DNA of 32,024 nucleotides from a bacterium (lineage in GTDB: Bacteria > Patescibacteriota > Minisyncoccia > Phycocordibacterales > UBA5272), in NCBI GenBank assembly GCA_043736875.1, contig JAYTBU010000035.1, positions 1 to 32,024 of the forward strand, written 5' to 3'. Position 1 is the stretch's first letter. Every line of letters starts with the position of its first letter. Of the stretch, positions 1 through 8,782 are shown in pieces. The notes beneath the pieces are model-generated. The model did not search any database. It had not been told where the DNA came from and saw only the letters and a list, made by a program, of their open reading frames with translations. Both the position numbers and the translations under genes were made by a program.

Positions 1-2
1 GT

Positions 3-380
3 GCGGGAAGATATGTGGCCGCCACAGAACCCGCCTCAGAAAACAAAAAAGCAAATGGTAATGTACATTTTTTTGTTGGAGACAAAAACATAGCAGATAG
101 ATTTATAAAAATAGGTTTTACTTTTTCTTTTGGTGGTGTCATAACTTTGTGTCATGATTATGATGAAGTTTTAAAATATATAGACCTAAAACATATACAC
201 GCCGAGACAGATAGTCCATATGTAACTCCAAAAGGTATAGACGGAAAAAGAGTTGGCAAAATAAATAGCTCAGAATATGTAGATGTTATAATAGAAAAAA
301 TAGCAGAGATTAAAAATATAGAAATAAGTAAATTAAAAACGCAGTTAGAGCTTAATTTTAAAAGAGATTTTAAATTGTAA
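3..380 (+). CDS. tatD: TatD family deoxyribonuclease, C-terminal part (5' truncated by window edge)
   Basis: Motifs GNVHFF, SFGGVIT and ETDSPY match TatD. The frame is open to the window start. Confidence 0.9.
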   Translation, partial: AGRYVAATEPASENKKANGNVHFFVGDKNIADRFIKIGFTFSFGGVITLCHDYDEVLKYIDLKHIHAETDSPYVTPKGIDGKRVGKINSSEYVDVIIEKIAEIKNIEISKLKTQLELNFKRDFKL

Positions 381-434
381 GATTTTTTATTTTTATAAAA
401 TGTTAATATTTTAGTCACAAAAAACACTTGTATG

Positions 435-443
435 TGTTATAAT
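435..443 (+). promoter_or_regulatory. Extended -10 promoter (TGTTATAAT), leaderless type
   Basis: TG-T-TATAAT, then 6 nt, then ATG at 450. Confidence 0.75.
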
Positions 444-449
444 ATAAAG

Positions 450-1793
450 ATGTTAAATAAAAGCAAAACACATATATTTATAAGTAAAAGTATTTTGATT
501 ATTTTTGCTTTTTATAGTATTTTTAACTTTTCTTTTGCACAGAGTTTGGACAAAGAAAAACTTAATCAAGAACTTAAACAATTAGAAGTAGAAATAGAGA
601 GTCATAAAAAAGTTATAGACGAGACAAAAAAGAAGGGTAGTAGTCTGGAAAGGGACATAACTATACTTGATACAAAAATAAAAAAAACAGAAACAGAAAT
701 AAAGCTGAGAGATAAAAGTATACAAAATCTGGCTTATAGTATATCTGATAAAAATAAAAAAATACTAACCTTGGATCAAAAGCTAGAGAGAGAAAAACTT
801 GCAATGAAAACTGTCTTGCGTGATATTAATTTTAAAAGTGCTCAGACTAGTGAGGCTCTAACTTTTCTTTCTGGTGACTCTATATCAGAATCTGTAGACG
901 CGCTTTATGGTTCAAATAGTTTAAAAAAGAGCCTCATATCTTCTTCTGATGTTGTAAAACAGACAAAGAAAGTTATCATAGATGTAAAGCAAGACCTGGA
1001 AGACAACAAAGATGAAGAGGAAAGTTTAAAGTCACAGCAAGTAGCAAAGAAACAAGAAATACAAGAAGTTAAAGGAGAGAAAAAAGAGGTCTTAAGTATA
1101 ACAAAAGGTGAAGAGAAAAAATATAAAGAAGTGCTTAAAAATGCTGAGAAAAAAGCAGCAGAAATAAGGACGGCTTTGTTTTCTTTTAAAGATGGTAGTA
1201 CTGTTAATTTTGGTAATCTATACGATTACGCAAAACAGGCTTCGGCTGCGAGCGGTGTACGTACCGAGTTTATACTTGCGATATTAGAACAAGAGTCCGC
1301 TTTTGGATCTAATGTGGGTCAGTGTTATGTTTCGGACGAAAAAGGTTCTCTTGTGTCGATGAAAAATAGCGCAGCAAAAGGAAGTATGAAACCTGACAGC
1401 GTACCTCATTTTTTTAATATTACTAAATCAGTTGGTAGAGACACTTATAAGACAAGAGTTTCTTGCGCCCTATCTTACGGTTATGGTGGGGCTATGGGTA
1501 TGAGTCAGTTTATGCCGGCAACTTGGGTTGGTTACGAGAGTAAAATTAAAAAATCTACGGGCGAGTCTATTGCTGATCCATGGAATCCGAGGCATTCTAT
1601 TGCTGGTACTGGATTTTTATTAAAAGATAATGGAGGTGCTGGTGGTGATTATAGCGGTGAGAGAAACGCTGCGTGTAAGTATTATTCTGGCTCAGGGTGT
1701 AGTAAATCAAGCAATGCAGCTAATTACGGCAATCAAGTTATGAATAGAATAAATGGCATACAAAATAAAATAGACATACTAAAAAATAATTAA
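450..1793 (+). CDS. Secreted coiled-coil protein with C-terminal lytic murein transglycosylase (MltB/SLT_2-like) domain
   Basis: Signal peptide ending SFA-Q, long heptad region, ILEQESAFG (catalytic Glu) and GGAMGMSQFMPATW. Start moved from 432 to 450 because MCYN is the translated promoter motif. Confidence 0.85.
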   Translation: MLNKSKTHIFISKSILIIFAFYSIFNFSFAQSLDKEKLNQELKQLEVEIESHKKVIDETKKKGSSLERDITILDTKIKKTETEIKLRDKSIQNLAYSISDKNKKILTLDQKLEREKLAMKTVLRDINFKSAQTSEALTFLSGDSISESVDALYGSNSLKKSLISSSDVVKQTKKVIIDVKQDLEDNKDEEESLKSQQVAKKQEIQEVKGEKKEVLSITKGEEKKYKEVLKNAEKKAAEIRTALFSFKDGSTVNFGNLYDYAKQASAASGVRTEFILAILEQESAFGSNVGQCYVSDEKGSLVSMKNSAAKGSMKPDSVPHFFNITKSVGRDTYKTRVSCALSYGYGGAMGMSQFMPATWVGYESKIKKSTGESIADPWNPRHSIAGTGFLLKDNGGAGGDYSGERNAACKYYSGSGCSKSSNAANYGNQVMNRINGIQNKIDILKNN

Positions 1794-1796
1794 AAT

Positions 1797-2657
1797 ATGA
1801 AAAAAAACATAAAAAAAATATTAAATATAATTTTGACGAAGGCGCGCTTGGTTCCCTCTGGGATTAAGCGCGAGGAGAAATTAGTATTTAGTATTTTTTT
1901 TATATTCTTAACGTTTACAAATTTTTCTTTTGCGCAAGAAGTTGTTGATGGGGTAAAATATGAAAACATAAAAGTCTATACAGAAAAACATGACTATATA
2001 CAAATAGTAAATAGCTGTAATCATGCATGGCAAGGAGTATGCGTAAATGCAAGATCAGGTCCAAGCACTAAATCTGGAAAAATAATGAAGCTACGCAATG
2101 GTACAGTGCTGCGCCTAGCAGAGACAAAAGAAATAGGTGGACAGGTGTGGTACAGAGTAGAGTTCAAAGAGTGGTTACGTTATCCAGAAAGGATTAAGGG
2201 AGATGTGTATGTTACAGCTGAATATGCATATCTTTTAAAAGATCTAGAAAAAGAAGAGATAGGTCAAAATATAGAAGCTGTCACAGAGAAGAAAATAGTC
2301 GTTGACATTAAAAAACAAAAACTAATAGCATATGATGGCGATAAGGTGTTTTTGGAAAATGTTATATCAACAGGTATAGCCGAGGCACCAACAGAAAAAG
2401 GTACATTTTATATTTTTAGGAAAATACCAAGCAGGTATATGCAAGGACCAATACCAGGGGTAAATAAAAAAGAGTATGATTTGCCTGGAGTACCTTGGAC
2501 CATGTATTTTACAGGGGACGGAGCTGCTATTCATGGTGCTTATTGGCACAATGATTTTGGGAGAAAGCACTCGTCAGGATGTGTCAACTTACCGACAGAT
2601 ATAGCAGAAAAGTTATATAAGTGGGCAGACATAGGTATGAGTGTGGAGATAAGATAA
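1797..2657 (+). CDS. L,D-transpeptidase (YkuD family) with SH3-like domain
   Basis: AIHGAYWH...SSGCVNL catalytic motif; VNARSGPST SH3b-like motif; signal peptide. Confidence 0.9.
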   Translation: MKKNIKKILNIILTKARLVPSGIKREEKLVFSIFFIFLTFTNFSFAQEVVDGVKYENIKVYTEKHDYIQIVNSCNHAWQGVCVNARSGPSTKSGKIMKLRNGTVLRLAETKEIGGQVWYRVEFKEWLRYPERIKGDVYVTAEYAYLLKDLEKEEIGQNIEAVTEKKIVVDIKKQKLIAYDGDKVFLENVISTGIAEAPTEKGTFYIFRKIPSRYMQGPIPGVNKKEYDLPGVPWTMYFTGDGAAIHGAYWHNDFGRKHSSGCVNLPTDIAEKLYKWADIGMSVEIR

Positions 2658-2660
2658 TGT

Positions 2661-2697
2661 ATAAAAATAGCGGCGCCGTAGGCGCCGCTATTTTTAT
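2661..2697. terminator. Perfect 17-bp inverted repeat, probable bidirectional terminator (C-GTA-G loop)
   Basis: ATAAAAATAGCGGCGCC-GTA-GGCGCCGCTATTTTTAT between convergent genes. Confidence 0.85.
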
Positions 2698-2707
2698 TTT
2701 ACCGTAA

Positions 2708-3448
2708 CTACTTTACCATCTTCAAAGCTTGGTCTATAACCTTGCTAACATACTTTTCATCACGAGCACCGTTGATCATGGTTATTATCTTGTAGTCGTT
2801 ACCATCTTTTAGTAACACAAAAGTGTTGGGAGTTCCTTGCACACCAACATCGCCTCCATCAGCTATGTCAACCTCAACTTGCGCTGCATATTTTCCAGAG
2901 CTCACACAGTTTTTAAAGTCAGTTACATTTAGTCCTAGTCCTGTAGCAGTAGTGTTTAGGCTCTCTGGATCTAGAGTATCGTTGCCGCCAGTTAGTTCAA
3001 ATATTTTACTTATGTAATTTTTGTAAACTACCTGCCCACCAAGCTCACGAGCGCAAAGAGTAGCCTCAGCCTCTTTTGGAGCTCTTTTATGAAAAGGTAG
3101 AGGGTAATGTCTATAGGCTATAGATATTTTTCCTGCATATTTTTCATATATTTTGTCCATAGTCTCAGTGTGGAACTTTTTACAAAATGGACATTCTAAA
3201 TCAGAATACTCAAGCAGAACAACTTTGTCATTTACTTCACCAATTACGAACTCTTCTTGTTTCAATTCTCTGCCAGAAAATAGACTGTCAGGATCTGTAA
3301 AAGAGGTTTCAGTTTTACTTACTCCCATATTTTTAAAACCAAGGAATATTGCTAATGCTATAAATAGAGAGGCTATTATTATAGATAGTGCAACAGATAA
3401 TTTTGGCTCTGCTTTTTCTTCTTTGTGATGTTTATTTGTATTTTCCAT
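2708..3448 (-). CDS. Membrane-anchored DsbA/BdbD-family thioredoxin-fold protein
   Basis: N-terminal TM helix; EYSDLECPFC active site; GVQGTP cis-Pro loop. Confidence 0.9.
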   Translation of the reverse strand: MENTNKHHKEEKAEPKLSVALSIIIASLFIALAIFLGFKNMGVSKTETSFTDPDSLFSGRELKQEEFVIGEVNDKVVLLEYSDLECPFCKKFHTETMDKIYEKYAGKISIAYRHYPLPFHKRAPKEAEATLCARELGGQVVYKNYISKIFELTGGNDTLDPESLNTTATGLGLNVTDFKNCVSSGKYAAQVEVDIADGGDVGVQGTPNTFVLLKDGNDYKIITMINGARDEKYVSKVIDQALKMVK

Positions 3449-3473
3449 ATATTTATATTATACTATATAAATC

Positions 3474-4052
3474 ATGAATTTAAAAACGCTTATCCACTTT
3501 ATAAAAATAATCATAAAGTCACTTTTTGAGTTTATACCGATATTATCATTTTTTATGGCTTATGAGTTCACAAAAGGTAATTTCTTTACTTCTACTTTTG
3601 TGATGATGCTCACAACTATCATTTACACTTTTTATACTTTTCATAAAGAAAAGAGAATACCTTATTTGGCACTGTTTATATCTTTAGAGACCACTTTTTT
3701 TGGTAGTCTCACACTTTTTTTAAAAGATCCTGTATATGTACAGATGCGTGATAGTTTTTATGATATTATTTTGGGTGTAACTATTTTGATTACTGGGTAT
3801 TTAGATGCACCTGTTATAAAAAAGTTTTTTGGACATATATTTAATTTGGAAGATGCTCTTTGGAAAAAGTTATCTTATCAGTGGGCAGCTTTTTTATTAA
3901 CTTTCGGGGTAACAAATGAATATATTAGAAGACATTTTACAGAAAATATTTGGGTTGATTACAAATTCGTAGTATTTTCTATTACAGTAACTTTTGCTCT
4001 TTATCTTTTTTGGAAATATAAAAAGAGTGTAAAAAATCTAGAATTAGTTTAA
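3474..4052 (+). CDS. yciB: Intracellular septation protein A (YciB/IspZ family) membrane protein
   Basis: EFIPILSFF, FFGSLTL, W..L...W..F and NEYIRRHF.E.IWV.YK patterns; multiple TM helices. Confidence 0.8.
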   Translation: MNLKTLIHFIKIIIKSLFEFIPILSFFMAYEFTKGNFFTSTFVMMLTTIIYTFYTFHKEKRIPYLALFISLETTFFGSLTLFLKDPVYVQMRDSFYDIILGVTILITGYLDAPVIKKFFGHIFNLEDALWKKLSYQWAAFLLTFGVTNEYIRRHFTENIWVDYKFVVFSITVTFALYLFWKYKKSVKNLELV

Positions 4053-4099
4053 TTATAATTAAAATGTTATTATAAAAAAAGTAAATAAAAAATATAAAT

Positions 4100-4783
4100 A
4101 TGCAAAGTAAAACAAATAATATAATAGTGTGCAGGGACCTTATAAAGGTTTTTAAAGACGGAGACAAGGAGACAAAAGTTTTGAAAGGTGTAAATATCGA
4201 GATACAAGAGGGTGAGTTTGTGGCTATTATGGGAAGATCAGGAGCTGGTAAAAGTACTTGTATGTACCAGCTTTCCCTGCTAGACGAGCCGAGTGGTGGT
4301 GAGATAGTTATAGATGGTGAGAATACTCATAATATGGATGAAAAAGAAAGGACAGATTTTAGGCTTTTCAAGCTAGGGTATGTGTTTCAGGACTATTCAC
4401 TTATACCAGAATTATCGGCACTTGAAAATGTGGCACTACCTCAGATGCAGCAGGGAATAAGTTTCGATACAGCAAGACAAAATGCTAGAGCCTCGCTGGA
4501 GAGTGTGGGACTAGGCCACAGAGCAGATAACCTCCCAAGCCAAATGTCAGGAGGTGAGCAGCAGCGTACAGCGGTAGCGAGAGCTATATCACACAAACCT
4601 AGAATACTTTTTGCTGATGAGCCAACAGCGAACCTTGACGTAGAAAATAGTGACAGAGTGATAGAGATATTTAAAAAATTAAACAAAGAAGGTTTAACAA
4701 TAGTCATGGTTACTCACGAAGAGGAATATGGAAAGGTTACAGATAGAGTTGTGCGTCTCGCTGACGGAGTTGTAACTATTTAA
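4100..4783 (+). CDS. ABC transporter ATP-binding protein (LolD/MacB-type)
   Basis: Walker A GRSGAGKS, signature MSGGEQQR, Walker B ILFADEPT and H-loop VTHE. Confidence 0.93.
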   Translation: MQSKTNNIIVCRDLIKVFKDGDKETKVLKGVNIEIQEGEFVAIMGRSGAGKSTCMYQLSLLDEPSGGEIVIDGENTHNMDEKERTDFRLFKLGYVFQDYSLIPELSALENVALPQMQQGISFDTARQNARASLESVGLGHRADNLPSQMSGGEQQRTAVARAISHKPRILFADEPTANLDVENSDRVIEIFKKLNKEGLTIVMVTHEEEYGKVTDRVVRLADGVVTI

Positions 4784-5439
4784 ATACGTAGACTTCTCAT
4801 ATTTATCGGACTGTCATTATAGGCTATTATTTCCCACGGTTCTGAAAAGAAATTAAGCGGACTATACTCCAATACTGTTATACCGGCATTATCAGCAGGA
4901 TTAAGTGTGGACATTTTTATATAGGTGCTCACATCTAACTTGTCACCATACAATAGGACACATAAAAACATTTTTAGAAATATACCATGAGTTATACAAA
5001 GAGTAGATGATTTTGAGTTTTTTTCTAGAAAAGTTTTTAACTTAAGAGCCCTATCTTTTAGATCTTGAAAGTTCTCCTCGTCATCCCACCTAGCATCAGC
5101 AGAGTGAAAGCTTTTATCCATAAAGTTTATAGCTTCAAATGTTATGGGGTCCTCATATTGCAAGCCTATTATTTTACTAGGGTTTTTCCTCTCCGAGAGT
5201 AAGGGTGTGTACTCTATGCTTACATTTAGACTTTTTAATACCTCCTCACTAGTTTCAATAGCTCTTTGAAATGGGCTACAAAATATATTCTTAATATTAA
5301 AGTAAGAAAGCCTCTGTCCTGTTTGAAAAGCTTGAAGGTGCCCTTTTTCAGATAGGCCACCATCTTCACCTTGTCTTATTTTTTTTGCATTCAAAATTGT
5401 TTCACCGTGGCGAATAAAATATATTTTTCTAGTTAACAT
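4780..5439 (-). CDS. Histidine phosphatase (phosphoglycerate mutase family)
   Basis: FIRHGET, SPFQRAIET, LSE and ITHG motifs. Confidence 0.9.
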   Translation of the reverse strand: MLTRKIYFIRHGETILNAKKIRQGEDGGLSEKGHLQAFQTGQRLSYFNIKNIFCSPFQRAIETSEEVLKSLNVSIEYTPLLSERKNPSKIIGLQYEDPITFEAINFMDKSFHSADARWDDEENFQDLKDRALKLKTFLEKNSKSSTLCITHGIFLKMFLCVLLYGDKLDVSTYIKMSTLNPADNAGITVLEYSPLNFFSEPWEIIAYNDSPINMRSLRI

Positions 5440-5577
5440 TTTTTTATTTACATGTTAACATATAACATTTTGCCATATACATAAAGTATAACAGTTATAA
5501 TTATTATTAAAAAGAGGGCAATGTATTTTAAAGTAGTGTTTAATCTCATGATATAATTATACAACAAAAATCTTATA

Positions 5578-5647
5578 TGTGTATAATACTTTTCCACAGT
5601 ATTTTATTTTAACATATATGTGTACAAAGATTAAAATATGTGGATAA
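5578..5647. promoter_or_regulatory. Cluster of DnaA-box-like 9-mers
   Basis: TGTGTATAA 5578-5586, TTTTCCACA 5590-5598 and TGTGGATAA 5639-5647 fit TTWTNCACA. TGTGTACAA 5619-5627 has one mismatch. Confidence 0.55.
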
Positions 5648-5700
5648 GTAAAGTTTTTTACTGGATCTTTATAGTATAATAAAAGTAAGTACAAAATAAT

Positions 5701-8067
5701 ATGCAAACAAAAAACTATTTTACAAAAATCATATTAACATTATTAGTTTTATTTTCTTTTTCATTGACGGTCAGTGCTCAGTTTTTTACACAAGAGACAT
5801 CTGATCCTAACTTGGTAAATAGAAACAGAATATATTCTCCAGACACTAGGAATAAAAATATAATAGATACAGCAGCTATACATACTTATTGTAATCTATC
5901 TAAAATATTCTCCTCTGAAATAGAGAGAGAGAAGTGTTTTGTCTCTGGAGGTCAGACTACTATACAAAATACCCCATCAGATCCAGTAGACCTATCTCAA
6001 ATAAATGCTACACTACAGTCTCAAGCTAATGATATACAGAACCTTAAAAACAGACCAGAGGGTACAGTAGTAAAGTATGTTAATACTGGCTCCACCAGAG
6101 TAGTTCAAGGTTCTACAGTGTCTATACCGGGAAAAGATGGTAGAGGTATAGTTTCTACAGTGCAGAATACAAATGGAAGCATAACCTTTAAATATACAGA
6201 CGGGACAACTTTTACTACTATACCTAGCTCAAATGGTAACAATGGTACAGGATTATCTGGTTCTCCTATATCACCTTTTAATACAAATTATAGTTATCAA
6301 TACGTTCCTGTAGCAGGACCAAGCACTGTATCTGCTCCTGCAAATAATTATTATAATACATATGTTAGTGCTGCAATGTCAGCGGGTACAAGCACAGCGC
6401 TTACAATTAGTGGTACAGGTGCAACATCTAGTCCTTATATTTTTGATTTAAAATCTTGTGCAAATAATCAAATGCTAGGATTTAGCACAACTACAAACAC
6501 TTGGGATTGTAAAAAAACTAATTTAAAATACTATGACGAGTCAATTGTAAATCCTTCTGGGGCACCTATTGCTTCTGGTGCTAATAGTGTAGCAATAGGA
6601 GACACAGCCAGAGCAGTCGCCTCCTCTTCTATGGCTATAGGTTACAAAGTTACAACTACCGGTGAGGAGTCAGTCTCTTTTGGAGGTAATAGTACTAGTA
6701 GCGGTGATCTTTCTGTAACTAGTGGTTTATATAACTTAGCTTCAGGTCTAAGATCTGTCGCTTTTGGTATAAGTAACTCAGCAACAAATGAGGACACTGT
6801 TACTGTGGGTGTTCAAAATACAGCTACAAGTAAGTACGCAGGATCTATAGGTAGAATAAATACCTCTTCTGGACTCGGCTCATATACCATAGGAAATGTA
6901 AACAATGTTTCAGGTAACTTTTCTATTGCATACGGTGCCTCTAATACAGTATCAAACGGAGATAGTTTAGCTATAGGTAATGAAAATAATATAACAGGAG
7001 ATAATTCACAAGTTGTGGGTAAATTAAACACTGTTAACGCTAACAAGACAGGAGTTTTTGGACTCTACAATACAGCACTGTCTGACTATGCTTATATCTT
7101 TGGGGCTTCTAATACAGTAGCACTAAACGCTACCAATTCTATAGCTATAGGTCAAAATATAAATAATATAACACCAAACACTATACAAATAGGTTTAAGT
7201 GATTTGAAAAAATTAACAATATTACAAAATGGTTGGATGGGTCTTGGTGGCAGAACTGCACCGTTAACCAGTGGCAACTGTAATCCAAGCACATTAAACG
7301 CTACAGCGACTTGTCCAGAGACAGAGATGTTACGTGTACCAGGTAAAATAGTAGCACAAGCTTTTGAAGTTAATAGTGCGGCTGATCTTGCTGAGAACTT
7401 TCCAGCAGATGAGATTGATTTAGTGGCTGGAACCATAGTTCAGTTCAGCACTACAACTCATTTGTGGAACACAGGAGGCACAAGTGATGCTGCAGGAGAG
7501 TATGAGCTTAATGGCGTAGAAAAAGCAAAAGATAGTAAAAAAGCTATCGGTGTTATAGCTACTAATCCGGGTATAATACTGGGAGGTAATACAAAAAATA
7601 GCGTGCCTGTTGCATTTTCTGGACGTGTGCCAGTGCGTGTTACAGCTGAAAATGGTCCAGTTAAAAAAGGAGATAAGATAACATTGTCATCTCAATTTTC
7701 GGGCACAGGAGCAAAGTTAATTGGTAGTGGTCAAGTTGTTGGTACTGCCATGAGCGAGGACACTGGTAAGGGTATAGTCTTGATGTTAGTTAAAAATGAA
7801 TATATATACGAGTCAAATGATATATCTACTATTGTATCATCAACCTTACAAAATAATACTATCTCTACATCTGTACCAACCTCAAATATAAATCCATTAC
7901 AAAATACAAATTCATTATGTATAGAAGAAGTATGTTTGGATAAAAATCTACTTAAAAAACTTATAGATTTTATAAATAACTTTATACCAAACACCAATAG
8001 TGGAGCCAGCACAGTTTCTCCTGAAATAAATAATACAAGCACGACAAATGAGGCCATTACTATCTAA
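5701..8067 (+). CDS. Secreted adhesin/tail-spike-like protein: YadA-head-like repeats plus peptidase G2/intramolecular-chaperone-like domain
   Basis: Signal peptide; S/T/N-rich region; about 14-aa S.AIG/S..FG repeats; ADLAENF...IGVIATNPG...VAFSGRVPVRV...GPVKKGD; LCIEEVCL near the C-terminus. Confidence 0.75.
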   Translation: MQTKNYFTKIILTLLVLFSFSLTVSAQFFTQETSDPNLVNRNRIYSPDTRNKNIIDTAAIHTYCNLSKIFSSEIEREKCFVSGGQTTIQNTPSDPVDLSQINATLQSQANDIQNLKNRPEGTVVKYVNTGSTRVVQGSTVSIPGKDGRGIVSTVQNTNGSITFKYTDGTTFTTIPSSNGNNGTGLSGSPISPFNTNYSYQYVPVAGPSTVSAPANNYYNTYVSAAMSAGTSTALTISGTGATSSPYIFDLKSCANNQMLGFSTTTNTWDCKKTNLKYYDESIVNPSGAPIASGANSVAIGDTARAVASSSMAIGYKVTTTGEESVSFGGNSTSSGDLSVTSGLYNLASGLRSVAFGISNSATNEDTVTVGVQNTATSKYAGSIGRINTSSGLGSYTIGNVNNVSGNFSIAYGASNTVSNGDSLAIGNENNITGDNSQVVGKLNTVNANKTGVFGLYNTALSDYAYIFGASNTVALNATNSIAIGQNINNITPNTIQIGLSDLKKLTILQNGWMGLGGRTAPLTSGNCNPSTLNATATCPETEMLRVPGKIVAQAFEVNSAADLAENFPADEIDLVAGTIVQFSTTTHLWNTGGTSDAAGEYELNGVEKAKDSKKAIGVIATNPGIILGGNTKNSVPVAFSGRVPVRVTAENGPVKKGDKITLSSQFSGTGAKLIGSGQVVGTAMSEDTGKGIVLMLVKNEYIYESNDISTIVSSTLQNNTISTSVPTSNINPLQNTNSLCIEEVCLDKNLLKKLIDFINNFIPNTNSGASTVSPEINNTSTTNEAITI

Positions 8068-8773
8068 TCTTTTAAATATAAGCATAACGCTTTTTGTTAT
8101 TAGTTTTATTTACTCTGTGTTTAATTTAACTTTTAATATACCAGTTTATTTTATATTTTTTATTATTACAATTAGTTTATTTTCTATTTTTTTAGTAAAA
8201 AGTAAAAGTAAAAAAATGTATATACTTATAGTCTTGTCTTTTTTATGCTTGTTTATATTGTCTTATTTAAATACAAAATATTTAACAAATGTAAATACTA
8301 AAAACAACTCAGAAATTTCAGACGACATAAATAAGACAAATAAAAATCTTGTCATGGGAGCAGAAAAAGAAGCTAGTACAGAAAGTTTAATACAAGACAT
8401 ACAAATAGATATTAAGAATAATATAGATAAAGAGATTATAAAAGAAAAAATATTATACACCATACAAAAAGCAGAGGAAAGAAAAGATAAAAATCTTAGT
8501 ATTAGTTATTTAGATTTGGGGCACGTATATGAAATAGCTTTTGTTTCTGGATATTCTGAAGCTGGCAGTAAAGCATTAGAGTCTTATAATCAGTATTGTC
8601 TACTGGAACCTAATGATGCCAACTGTTACGCTACCGTAGCTAGATTTTTAATAATAGATAAAAATAGAAAAAAAGAAGCTATAATTTTTGCAAAAAAAGC
8701 CTTGGAATTATCTAAAGATGGACAAGAGACAGAAAATTACAACAAGCTTTTAAATTATATTGAGAAGTTATAA
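8048..8773 (+). CDS. Membrane protein with C-terminal TPR-like repeats
   Basis: Three N-terminal TM helices; YLDLGHVY, ALESY...LEPND and AIIFAKKALELS TPR patterns; overlaps the upstream gene by 20 nt. Confidence 0.65.
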   Translation: MRPLLSNLLNISITLFVISFIYSVFNLTFNIPVYFIFFIITISLFSIFLVKSKSKKMYILIVLSFLCLFILSYLNTKYLTNVNTKNNSEISDDINKTNKNLVMGAEKEASTESLIQDIQIDIKNNIDKEIIKEKILYTIQKAEERKDKNLSISYLDLGHVYEIAFVSGYSEAGSKALESYNQYCLLEPNDANCYATVARFLIIDKNRKKEAIIFAKKALELSKDGQETENYNKLLNYIEKL

Positions 8774-8782
8774 TTTAAATTT

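Noticed and set aside
432-449. Shared MCYN N-terminal peptide on three ORFs (432, 9925, 11981)
   Set aside because: It is the translated TGTTATAAT promoter motif, not a protein signal.
1834-1880. Hammerhead ribozyme (TGACGA...stem...GAAA)
   Set aside because: It lacks core C3, stem I and a properly closed stem II.
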